Source of the DNA: Oikopleura dioica
Taxonomy: Eukaryota > Animalia > Chordata
Reading direction: 5' to 3'
Length of the DNA: 64,000 bases
Assembly (NCBI GenBank): GCA_907165135.1
Contig: OU015566.1
Location: 558,001 to 622,000, forward strand
Within the stretch, counting starts at the first letter, position 1; every line of letters starts with the position of its first letter. The position numbers and the translations under genes are program-made. The notes under the pieces were generated by a model, which was given only the letters and a program-made list of their open reading frames with translations, had not been told where the DNA came from and did no database searches. Below, piece by piece: positions 12,801-24,082 of this stretch.

Positions 12801-15800
12801 CATTTGCCGCCATATTCACTATCAACGCAGTCAGAAAAACAGCTCATTTCCGAACAAAAAACTCTCGAATCCAAGCAGTCGAAACCATCCCCAACGAAGA
12901 ATTTTGGACAAGGCGCGCAAGAAAGACCATCTTCGGTTTCAACACAAGTCGAGTTGAAACAGCCCAAATCTTCGCATTCTGGCTCTTCAAGGTGAACGGC
13001 GCAGTAGGTTCCATTTCCATCCATTCCTTCAGGACAAGGATCACATTCGCCGCCGAATTCGCTTTCTGTACAAGTCGAGTAGCATTCGAGCTGATCGCAG
13101 TGAACTCTAGAATGAGGGTCTCTATTAAAAAATGGCTGATTCTAGAAAAAAATTGTAAAGGAATAAAATTTTCACAAAAAAAATGCAAAATATGTTGAAA
13201 ATCTTGGAGACCCAAACTGTAATCGATGCAATAAGTTCCATTGCCTTCAAAATAAACAGGACAAGGATCGCAAACGCCGCCATGTTCCATTTCCGTGCAG
13301 CCGCCAAAGCAAATCAATTCATCGCAATGAGTTCTACTATCTTCACACGTCGTTCCGTTTCCGCTGAAGTATTTGGGGCACGGATCGCATTGGCCGCCAG
13401 TTATGAAATCGGTGCAAGTGTCGTAGCAGTCCATTTCGGCGCAGAAAACCCGCGTATCTGTGCAATTGATCCCGTCGCCTTGGAAGAATCGAGGGCATTT
13501 TCCGCAGCGAGGGCCGCGCGGAGTATCGCGACATACTACTGAGTCGAAACAGGTGGAATCGGTGCATTTTATCGTTGTGCAGTCAAATCCATCGCCTTAC
13601 ATTTGAATTTATTAAAACCAAAATTTTTAAATAAAAATGATGTTTTTGATAAAATTAAAAAAATATTGTGAAAAGGAGATTTACCTTCAAAACCATCAGG
13701 ACATGAGCCACACTCGATCGCTCCATCAGGTCCGAGATCCGTGCACTTGACTCCCGGCCAGCACGGATTCGGCTCGCAACCAATTCGACTACAGTCAATC
13801 CCATCGCCAGTGAAACCTTCAGGACAATCTCCGCACATGTAGCCAGATTTGACTTCAAGAAGTTTCAAGTCATAACCCGCATATTCTTCGTATTGCCCGA
13901 AGTCTTCGAAAATCCTCATTGCACGAGTAAGATTGGCTGAAATATCGAAGCATTCGACATCTGGAAAACAGGGTCTATCCTCGCACGTGATAAATCGGCA
14001 ATTGACTCCATCTCCAGTCATGAATTCCGGACAATCTCCACAAACTACTTCTCCTTCCTTTCCATAAAGACAGTCCACTCCTGGATAGCAAGGATCATCG
14101 TCGCAGAGAATCATTTCACAGCTCCTTCCATCTCCTTTGTACCCTTCTGGGCAAGGTCCACAATTGATTTTTTTCTCATCAATTTGTGAGCATTCAACCA
14201 AGTGGTGGCAAAGTCCCATTTCACAAGTCTCAATTATTTCTTGGCAGTCTTGGCCGTTCCCAACGAACCCTTTTGGGCAATCTCCGCATCGAACGCCAAG
14301 CGGATCGTTTTCCAAACACTCCACTCCGGCAAAACATCGTAAATCCTCGCAAGTAACCGGGCGGCAGTCGAGTCCATCACCAATCATTTCTACAGGGCAC
14401 ACTCCGCAAGTTACAGTGCTTCCTTCTTCTGAGCATTTCACGCCAGGGTAGCATGGATTTTCAGCGCAGACTAGGGGCTCGCAGACTTTTCCATCCCCTT
14501 TGAACGCTTTTGGACAGTCGCCACAGGAGTACCCATCTCTAGAATCGTGACAAACTACGCCTGGAAAGCACGGCTGATCAGAGCAAGTGATGGGCAGGCA
14601 GGTCTTTCCGTCTCCTTTCATATTTATCGGACAATCGCCGCAGACTGGCCCCTTTTTCGAATTTTCGCACGTGACTCCCTGATAACAGGTCTTTTTCGAG
14701 CACAGTTCTTCTTCCATTTCGTCGGTGTAGTCTTCCAACACAACCGTTCTCATCTCGCTAAATCGCTCTCGATTTCTAGAAGCTCTGCTTGAAATAAATT
14801 CTGGGTCCTTTTCGCAACGAGTTCCATCTTCGTCATCGATGCAGATTTCGCTCTTTTTGCACGGATTTTCTTCTTCGCAAGTATCCGGAGTGCACCTGCC
14901 TCCTTTGTTCTTCTTTCCGAATCTACATGGAACAACGATGTCTTCTTCGATCATTATTTCGTCGCATTTTTCGCCGCAACCGTAATCGTCCGAGGCGTAT
15001 TCTTCCTTGATACACGTGATTCCATTTCCAACGTATCCATAAGGACAGGCGCCGCACTCGAACCCAGGATCGCGATAGGAGTTGATGCAGGAACTTCCTT
15101 GAAAACAAGGCGATGTTGAGCAACTGGTGTGGTGGACAGTTATTTGGCTCTGTTGCAGCGTTGCCATTGGCCCGTTGAAATTCTGCTGGGTCTGATCGAA
15201 GTTTTGGTTATTGTAGCCATATTGGATATTTGGCGGATTGGTGGGCGTCTGCGCGGGGAAATTCTGCGGCGGAATTGGATTATTCCAAGTCATTTGAGCA
15301 GGAGGGTTTCGGCCAGCAGGGGCGAGGCGCAAATTCCTTGGATTTTGAAAAACTCCTGGCTTGATTTCTGGCTGCTGGAGGCTGGTGCTGCTCGCGCCTA
15401 TGACAGGAGACTGGTAGTTTCCCGTGGGAAAGAGATTGTGAGACGTTGGAGGCCGGAGTTTGGACTCAGGAAAGTCGACGAAATCGGGCTCTTCGAAAGC
15501 TTTTTCTTGCCCGCCGTTTCCTTCTCTCGTGAAAGGAGGTGGAGTTATTGCGCGCTGAGTTGGTTCAACTGGTGGATCTGGGAGAAATTCAGAACCGTAG
15601 GTTTCAGGTTCAGTTTCGTACTCGTACTCTTCGTAATCGTACTCATCTTCATCGTAGTACTCGTACTCGGGCGTTGTCGTGGTCGTTGTTGATTTTGTTG
15701 TTGGAGGGCGAGTGGTTGTTTTTCGACGTCGTTTTTGTTTACGAGTTGTTGGATTCGGGACGGTTGTTGGGATCTGGGTCGTTGTTCTTGTGGTCGTGGT

Positions 15801-17434
15801 TGATGTTGTTTGAGCCGGTGGTGCATCAAGATGGTCGATGTTCGGAACGGTGAAGTTGAAGTTTTCAACTCCTGTTTCAGGATTCGACAGGTCGCAGTTC
15901 CATTTTGAATCTGGCCTACAAGTGCATCTCAAAACCGATCCATCGTCAGCAGTAACAACAGAACTCTCTCCTGGTCGATAATTGAACGATTCTTTTGAAC
16001 AAAGCGAGTAGCAGTTCACTTCTCCGCGATCATCGCATCTGCACTGCTGATTATTCCCGACATTTACGGTATCTTGGTGCCGGACGATTTTTCCCTTGAT
16101 GATGCAGCCAGCGTTCTTCTTCATTTTACAGTCGACGCTTGTTTGGCCATTCGAGTCTAGTAGACAGATACAGTCTTTTTTGTTGGCAGTCCATGTTTCG
16201 CCAACTTCTTTGATTTTTTCGGATTTTCGGTCGATGCAAAATGGTCGCCGCTCTTTTGACTTGTTTCTGATGAAGCACTCGGTCCGGAGCTTTCCGTTGA
16301 GATTTTTGCACGCGCATTGGTAGTCCTTGTTTTCCCGCTAGAATAATTGTTAGAATGAATTTGAAAAAATACTTGTTTACCTTGGATTGCCAAGTTTCAC
16401 TGGGCAAAAACGGAACTCCCGGCATGGTACCATCATAACAAGTCCTAATCTTCCCCTTCGGCGATTGAAATCCCGCTTCGCTCGGTGTCCTCGCTCCTGC
16501 TGGGCGCTGATTATGACTATCACACCTCCAAGTCGCCTCATTTCGCACCAGAACGCACTGGCACTTGAGCATGTTTCCATTTCCCATGTTTCTGACAGCA
16601 ACTTGGCCGGGTTGATAAACGACTCCATTTTCGACGCAACCGGATGGCGGAGGCTGCTGGCAGGTCATCTGATTTGCTGCTGGGCAATTGCAGTTTGAAG
16701 TTCCGGGATTTTGGGGGAAATACGCGCCTTGGGGTGGTCGCTGAGCCATTTGGGGGTTTCCGCAAGGCGAATTCGAGAAGCCTCCGTTTGGAGAATAAGC
16801 AGGTTGAGGAGGGGCGTAATTCTGCTGACAAGGAATTTGTTGAGAGCAGCCGACGCAAGTGAAACATGTGTACATTCTGCCATTTGTTTGCCACTGTCGC
16901 TGGACTACTCGAGGGTCGAAGGCGGAAGGAACTTGCGGAGGTATCGGCTGTTGAAGATTTTGAGTCGGCTGATCGTTTTGGTAAGGAAATTGATTTTGGG
17001 TGGAAGGGAAATTTTGATATTGCGTGTTTTGCTGAGTGTATGCGGCGGAGTTCTTGTTTTGGATAGAATTTTGGATACGAAAATTGAGTCAAAAGAGACC
17101 TGAAATGGAAAAATTAATCAGCTGAATAAAATTTTTATCGAAAAATTCCAATACTTTTTTATCTTTCATGATTTAAGTCTATCCGTGCCTTATTTTTTTT
17201 CTTGTTCGATCCGCCCATATTCAGAGAAAAATCAACCTGATGCGCCATCGTCGGAAAAACCGATCTTTCCCTCTTTTGCTTGGCCAATTTTCTCTCCAGC
17301 TTTATCGCTTTTCTTATCGCTCGGTCGTATCTTATCGTGAGTTTTTGCTGAAGTCTCATATTTTTTTCGTGTAGTTCTTTATTCGTCAATTTCGAATTCG
17401 CCAGCGACAGTATTAAAAACTGCCTCAAAATCAT
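9889..17434 (-). CDS. THBS: Large thrombospondin (COMP/TSP-type C-terminus): signal peptide, basic and Q/P-rich region, 5 Fn1-like modules, T/P-rich stalk, more than 20 EGF-like repeats, type-3 repeats, L-lectin-like C-terminal domain
   Basis: C-terminal domain aligns by eye to COMP (WKQVEQTYW, LRNALWH, GGRLGV.FSQENVIWSNL.YRCN), with DxDxDGxxDxCDNCP type-3 repeats and CGxCPxGxxGDGxxC EGF repeats. Signal peptide MILRQFLILSLANS at 17434; its junction to the 17.1-kb exon is unresolved. Confidence 0.93.
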
Positions 17435-17954
17435 TTTATCTATTTTTTCTTGTTTTCAACCCTCTTCGTCTTGGGCTGAGAATATGAATATCCCGCTGCG
17501 AGGAGAATTAAAGGCGGATTTTTTTGGTTCTGTTGACTTAGGAAATTACAGGCGGTGGCGCTGAGTGGAGGCGATAAGGGGTTATGGGGGCATATTAACA
17601 GGTATGCGCGGAAAGAACAAGGATGGAAAATGTGTGAGACGGGGAAAGATGAAGGGAGTGGTAAATTCATCTTTTGGGGCGGGAGCTTGTTTGACCCCTT
17701 GTTTTGAGGGCATCTTGGGCTCATTATTTATCATGAATTTAAAAGTTTGAATTTAAAAAAAGTTAAAATCTTTCCAATACGTATTCTACGGAAATCTTCA
17801 TATTTGCACTTGCTCGCCACGCTGCCCTTTACTCTTTTATACGTACCAACTTTGACAAATTTGGTTTTCAACAAATATAAAATGGAACTATCGCGGAGTT
17901 TTCACTTTCGGCATTCACTCGAGACGTCTGCACCGTCTTTTGAGGAATTAAGAG

Positions 17955-20900
17955 ATGAAACTTTCGCCGGCGATTTTCGCAGCGCTCGAAGTCGCAAGTG
18001 CTCAGCGGGATCCTTGGAGGCTTCCAACGTAAGAGATTACATAAGAGATGTATTTCTAGAGCTAAATTTTCGGCTGACTGTTAGGAAAATATTAAATTTT
18101 AGAAAAAAATCTTTTGGTTTTTTTGCCTAAAAATCTCTAGAACCCTTGACCCGCTGCACTACAACATCCGAATCAAAGCCTACCTCGACCCAGAAGACCA
18201 AGGAGAAGACAATGACACGATCAACTTTCCAGCCAATACCCAGCAGCATTTCGACGCTTCTGCCAGGATCAAGATGAACTGCACCGAGCCAACTAGCGAA
18301 ATTATTCTCAATAGCTTGTATCTCGATTTTGACGCGGGTCAAACTTCGCTCAAACGAGGAAATGCTGACGTCAAAATTAATTCCGTCGTTTTTGATAATG
18401 ATCTCGAGCAAGTGACGATTTCGCTTGATGAGGAAATCAAGGAAGAGTACCAGAATCAGAATAATTTCAAAAAATTAAAAATTAAAAAAAAACTATAATT
18501 TCCACTAAATTCTATTTTGAGCTCTAAAAGATCAACGAAGAAATCGACCTATCAATCGATTACCGAGGATATCTCCAGCCCAACAACTTCGGTTTCTACA
18601 TCAGCTACTACGAAAACGAAGGAGTCCGCAACTACGTCGCTTCTTCTCAAATGCAAGGCCCATACGCTCGTCGAGTTTTTCCCGGCTTCGACGAGCCCGG
18701 TTTCAAAGCTGAATACTCAGTAACGATGGAATACCAGCAGAAAATGCCCTGGTCGAATCTGGACTACTATCCTCTTTCGAATATGCCATACAAAGGGCAG
18801 GCAGCGTGCAACGGAAATTGGTGTACTCAGGAGTTCGAGAAAACAGTGAAAATGTCAAGTTATCTGACTGCGTTTGCGATTGTTGACTTTGGCTCGGTGA
18901 ATACGGAAACCTCTGTCGAAAAGACTCCAGGCGCCGGGTGAAATTTCACAATGTTTGACCTTTTTTGGCTATAAAAAGCAATCTTCCTACAAAAAATTTT
19001 GACATGATCTTTTGACAACGTCATTTTGAATTTTACCCAAAAATAGCAAATCTATATGCTCGCCAACAGCTTATCGGCGAAAAAGACCAGCTGATGTCCG
19101 CCACTGGAACTGACAACCCAATGTGGTTCCCAGCAATTTCCACCGAACGCGTTACTGACCAATTCGGCAGCGTCCTCCGAAGCTACAAAGACATGGGCGT
19201 CGAAAAAGCTGATCAAATCGCCCTGCCCGATTTCAACGCCGGCGCCATGGAAAACTGGGGATTGGTGACTTACAGAGAGCAAAGCTTGCTCTACGACATG
19301 AATCGAGATCGATTCGACAGAAAGTTCTACGTCGCGAATGTTGTTAGCCACGAGATGGCGCACATGTGGTTTGGCGATTTTGTCACTTGCCAGTTTTGGG
19401 ACGAGCTCTGGCTGAATGAGGCTTTTGCTACTTTCATTTCTTATGTCGGGCTTGAGGAGAATAGGGATTCAAACAACTCAGTGAGGGAGAGCCTGAAATG
19501 GAATGATGATTCTAGCGTGGGAACATGGGATTTGAGGTGATTTTGAATATCTGGGTGAAAATAAAGGACGAGTTTTTTCTTCGTTATTTTCGTTTTTAGG
19601 GTCTTCGAAAAAAACTGCATATAAAAATTTTCCCCTTCATTATGGTTTTTTCAGCCGAAGTTTTATCGCAAATCGCTATCCAGCTGCCCTCCAGCACGAT
19701 CAAACCACTTCTTCGAACCCAATCGTCAACATCGAAAACAACAACGGCAAGGTCGAAGGTCATCCCCAAGCCGGTTCCTCCAACATCATTTATTCCAAAG
19801 GAGGAATTATTCTGAAGAACATTCGCTGCTTCCTCGGCGATGAAGTTTTCTTCGGCGGCCTTCAGGATTATCTCGAAAAGTTCAAATACAGCAATCCTGA
19901 TTCTTACGATTTGACTCAGGCCTGGGAAGACAAGCGAAAATCTGTCGGAAAAGACACCGAGTCGGAAAAGTATGACGAGTCGATTTGCGATGGAATCGGA
20001 TTCAATCAGAAATCAGGCGTTTTGATGAGCGGCAAAACGGTCGGAGAGCATTGGGATCCTTGGCTGCGGCAAATGGGCTACCCGTTCCTGACCGTGAGCT
20101 ATTCTGATGACTCATCAAAAGCAGGAATCAACGTCGAGCAAAAGCGATTCCTCAACAACCCTGACGATGACGCTTCCAATCCGCCATCGAAGCTTAACTA
20201 CAAATGGCCGATTCCTCTCCAAACTGCGTTCAAAACGAACGGAGCGATAAAATACATGGCTACTTGGATCGAAAACGGCTCGATCGACTTTGCTGAAACC
20301 AGCGACATCGATTTTGCGATCGTCAACGCCGACTACGTCTCGTTTTTTAGAACAAAATATGATGGGCAAATCCTCGAAGATCTGCTCAATGTTCTCTCCG
20401 TTGATCATACCGAGGTCCCATCTTTCTCCCGCGCTAATTTTGTCGCTGACTATTTCGCCTTCGCCGAGAATAAGCCACTCACCGGAGTTGACATTACTGA
20501 CACTTTTGAGTACACAAGCTTCATGGCAGAAGAAACTGACTTTGTAGTCTGGAAGATGTTTGATCGAGCAATGTCGAGTGTCAGAGGCATTTTGAAATAT
20601 ACTGATAGCAAGGAAGAGTTTCCTCGATTGAATTTGAAAATTTGAAAAAATGATCAATTTGGTAAGAAAGAGGTTAAAACTCAAACAAGGACGTTCTGGA
20701 TGGCTACCTTAGCTCATTGGTTCAAAAATACTACGACAACTTTGGCTACAGCGTTGACTTGTCGAAGATTGTTGACATGGATCGGGAGGCGATGAATTTG
20801 GCTCTGCTCATGTCCTGCCAATATGGGTAGAATCTGCTTTTCTGATCAAAAAATATTTTTTCAGGAACGCTGATTGCTTGGCCAACTCAAAGTCGTTGAT

Positions 20901-21631
20901 TGAAAAATACGACGGAAGTCTTCAAAATGAGCCTGATCGAGATCAAAAGCTCACTGCTTATTGCTATGGAATCCAAGGTTAAATCTCTTCTCATCTTCTT
21001 ATTGTAACTGAATTTCTAGAATCCGGCCAGGGAGAATGGGACAAGCTCTGGGCAAGCTACGCAACCGAGCAGAATGCGAATGAGCTGTACTCAATTCGAT
21101 ACGGTCTTGCCTGCTCCAAGGACCCCGCTACGATCAAAAACTGGCTGCAGCTTATCAAAGGCGATGATATCCGAACTCAAGACAAGCATACTGCCATCAA
21201 TCAAGTTTCAGGAACAGAAGTCGGAAGAGACCTCGTCTGGGAGTTTATTGAAGAAGAATGGCAATGGATCAAGGTAGGCTCTATCAACCTTCTTTTCTTA
21301 TCGCTTCTTTCAGGACAAAACTCTCCAAGAATCCTGGACTCGCGCTTCTTCCATCATTTCTACTTGCACGAGCACTTTTTCCACCGCCGAGCTGAAACAA
21401 AAAGTCGCTGCTTTTCGAAGCGCAAAATCAGCTGACATCAAACAAATGGGGCTTGAAGGCACATTCGATAATGTCATGACTACAATCGACAAGAACATCA
21501 AGTGGCGAGAAGAGAACGAGCAGAACATTGTCAACTGGATCAACGAGAATGGAAATGCTGGTGGAGATAGCGGAGATGCGGCTGCTATGGCTGCTTCTGT
21601 CTTTTTTGTTCTCGCTTCGATTTTGCTTTAG
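17955..21631 (+). CDS. ANPEP: M1 aminopeptidase N-like metallopeptidase with cleavable signal peptide and GPI-type C-terminus
   Basis: [24 protein letters not shown]|[10 protein letters not shown]; [11 protein letters not shown]; GAMENWGL; HEMAHMWFG-x-WLNEAFA (HExxH-18x-E); C-terminus [27 protein letters not shown]. Confidence 0.95.
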
Positions 21632-21837
21632 AGAAATAAAAATTGAGAAGCATATATTTTTATCCTCGTGATAATTTTAGCTCATCAGATTCTCCTTCAA
21701 ATTTCGCATGATTGTGTGTTCTTATTTTTGGGCAGATCAATTTATTTGCATTTCTATTTGTTTGGTCGCTGCGTTCTACAAATGTAGCTTTTTTACTCTT
21801 GCCGGCCAGAAGGAGAGAAAAAGTAAAGATAAAAATA

Positions 21838-22679
21838 ATGAAGCTTCTTTTTTTGTTCGTCGGGCTGAGCATGGCCGGAACAAAATGCTCCGGAGACATG
21901 TGCTGGGCTCAAGAGATGAGAGGACCAAGGTAAAACCTGTCAAAGTTTTTATTAAAAAATACATAATATAAGACCCCGACGAACTGAGAAAAGCGACGAA
22001 TGCTCAATTGATGCGCACAAAACCAATCCCGAAAGCTGGAACATGAACTGCCCTGACAGCTGCGAAATCATGCAATTTCTCGAAGTCGTCGAGCGAAAAA
22101 TCAACGAGGAGTGGGCTCAAGTCAAGAGCAAGTAAGGAAATTTCAAGAGAAAATGAATCTTAATTTTTCAGCTTTGAGGTCAATTACGGAAAAGCTGGAA
22201 TGGACGGAAGCAGACGAGAAATTCTCGAAATTCTCTTGATCAAGCTCAACAAGATTAAGAACTCCTCAATGTTACGGATTTTCAGAAATATTCATAAAAA
22301 AACTTTGAGCTTTTTCTTTAAAAAAGAATTTAATTGAGCAAAATTGAGACAATTTATGACAGAAAATATTTGAATTTAAAATCCGCTGAAAGTCCGAAGC
22401 TGAAAAATTCAAGGCCTACATGAAGCTCTACAACGATGCCAACGTTCCGCGAATCATTCTCGAGCAGGAGAAAATCACTGCGAATCTTGAAGAGCGACGA
22501 GCAAATCTTCACTCTGAGCTTATCTGTAGGCTCCTTTTTTTATCTTTACGTTTGAATCATTTTTAGCTCTGAAAATCGAATTGAACAACAACATCGCCTT
22601 CTGCCTGCTCAACTTCAAGGAATATGGAGAGCACATTTGCGACGTCAGATCTTACCAATACGGACAAGGAGAAATCTAG
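21838..22679 (+). CDS. Small secreted fibrinogen Aalpha-like coiled-coil chain (about 190 aa, no FReD); 5 exons
   Basis: Exons 21838-21929, 21973-22131, 22172-about 22255, about 22393-22525, 22567-22679, with GT-AG introns of 43, 40 and 41 nt (the exon 3/4 junction is uncertain). Protein: signal peptide, ...EMR-GPR..., WNMNCPDSC, heptad coiled coil, LKIELNNNIAFC. Confidence 0.8.
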
Positions 22680-22828
22680 AGATGTTTTCTGAAAGAATAA
22701 ACTTTGATTGTCGATTCGAATAAATTTAATGAAAATAACCCATATAATTGGAGAAAATAGATTTTTAAGAAATTTAACTGTCAAAAGAAAGAAAGTAAAA
22801 AAATCTGGGATCTTTATAAAGCGGGTTT

Positions 22829-22961
22829 TCAGCATAAAGTCAATGAAGAATCTTCGTTTGAGATTACAGAGACTTACCAATAGTCCAGCAAGGCGGACAA
22901 AAGCACACTCCGCCGCGGCAAGTATGCGAGCATCCACCGTTATTGCCATCGTAACAGCTTG
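22829..22961 (-). pseudogene. Orphan EGF-like exon (SCYDGNNGGCSHTCRGGVCFCPPCWTI) plus a short DSSLTLC* exon; relic of an EGF-ZP gene
   Basis: Phase 1-1 exon 22878-22961 with cttag acceptor and gtaagt donor, homologous to exon 57759-57845. The next exon matches DSSNRTC but stops immediately. Confidence 0.6.
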
Positions 22962-24082
22962 CTAAGACGGCACTTACTTGAAGAAGGAGTCTTTTAGTGT
23001 TGAAATTCTTGTTTTTTTTTACAAATGTTGTACGCTAATCGATGCTAAAACCTCAGCATCCGTGTTTTCTACCTTTTAAGATAAATCGGCACCCGAGAAT
23101 TTTCCAAATTTATTTTATCGTTAAAAATTTGTATTTTCAACTTTTTCTAAAAAAACTCTTCATGAATCACTACTGAATTCTTTTTTTCTCATGACCTTCT
23201 AGGGCAAAATCTGCTGCGTCAGCATTAAAAAAGTGAAGAGGTTGTGGTGCAGCTAGGGACGATATGAAAGTACCATCACGAAAAAGCCTCAGGTCAGAAT
23301 TTAACTAATTTTGTCAGGTTCTGTTAAACACGCTTATAGAATTGTAACAAAAACTTTTTGTGAAAATTTACCGAAACTTTATTCTGAAGAATTTGAGGTT
23401 TCTTGCGCACGCTCTGCTTTAAGCTTTTTATCTTTTCCTAAATTCTATGTTTTGGTCACAGCCGGAAGATAAGACTCTAGTAAGTAGAGTCTAGTTTCTA
23501 TGTTTCGGGCGGTTTCGTAAAAAGAAGGTGCATGGGATAAGCCTGTCTACCGAAAACTCGTCTTGGTGAAAACCAAGTCCTGTTTCTCGTGAAATTTAGC
23601 TGAACCAAAAAGACAGGATCTACGCTCCAAGAAAAAATTGGCTAAAGAAAGTGGAGAGAGACGGTCGAAGATTTAAAGATTTCCAGGAGTGTACGGTTGC
23701 TAAATCCAGTACTTAGAAGCTGTTGGTTTCAATGTTTCATCGTGAAAGATGTTCATTTTATTTCTGAGGAGTTGATTCACAAAAAAGCGCATATTAAAGA
23801 TAAACGAATGGTTTATAAAAAATATACACAATATATAATGAATTATTGAAAATTATATAAAAAATTTGTAAAAAAAGGAGACGAATATAAAATTCTTTTT
23901 AAATTCTAAAAAAAATATGAAAAAAATTGTCTTACGAGTTTTGTCATCTGTAAAATATGCCGTGATAAGGTGACCCTTGTACGATTTCTCGCGAAAAAAA
24001 AAGAAATGCAGCTCTAGCGCCGCGAGCGCCGTCTGTTCTCCATATAAGCTTCAGCCTGCCAAGTCTGGCTAGCATTTTCAGA

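Noticed and set aside
10522-17103. Many alternative-frame and antisense ORFs over the thrombospondin
   Set aside because: Shadows of a repetitive, GC-richer coding sequence.
17440-17750. ORFs in the TSP/aminopeptidase intergenic region
   Set aside because: Low-complexity purine/pyrimidine bias; more likely a divergent promoter region.
23040-24050. Four WGATAA sites and a TATA-like motif upstream of the astacin
   Set aside because: Not clearly above chance in AT-rich DNA without a statistical test.
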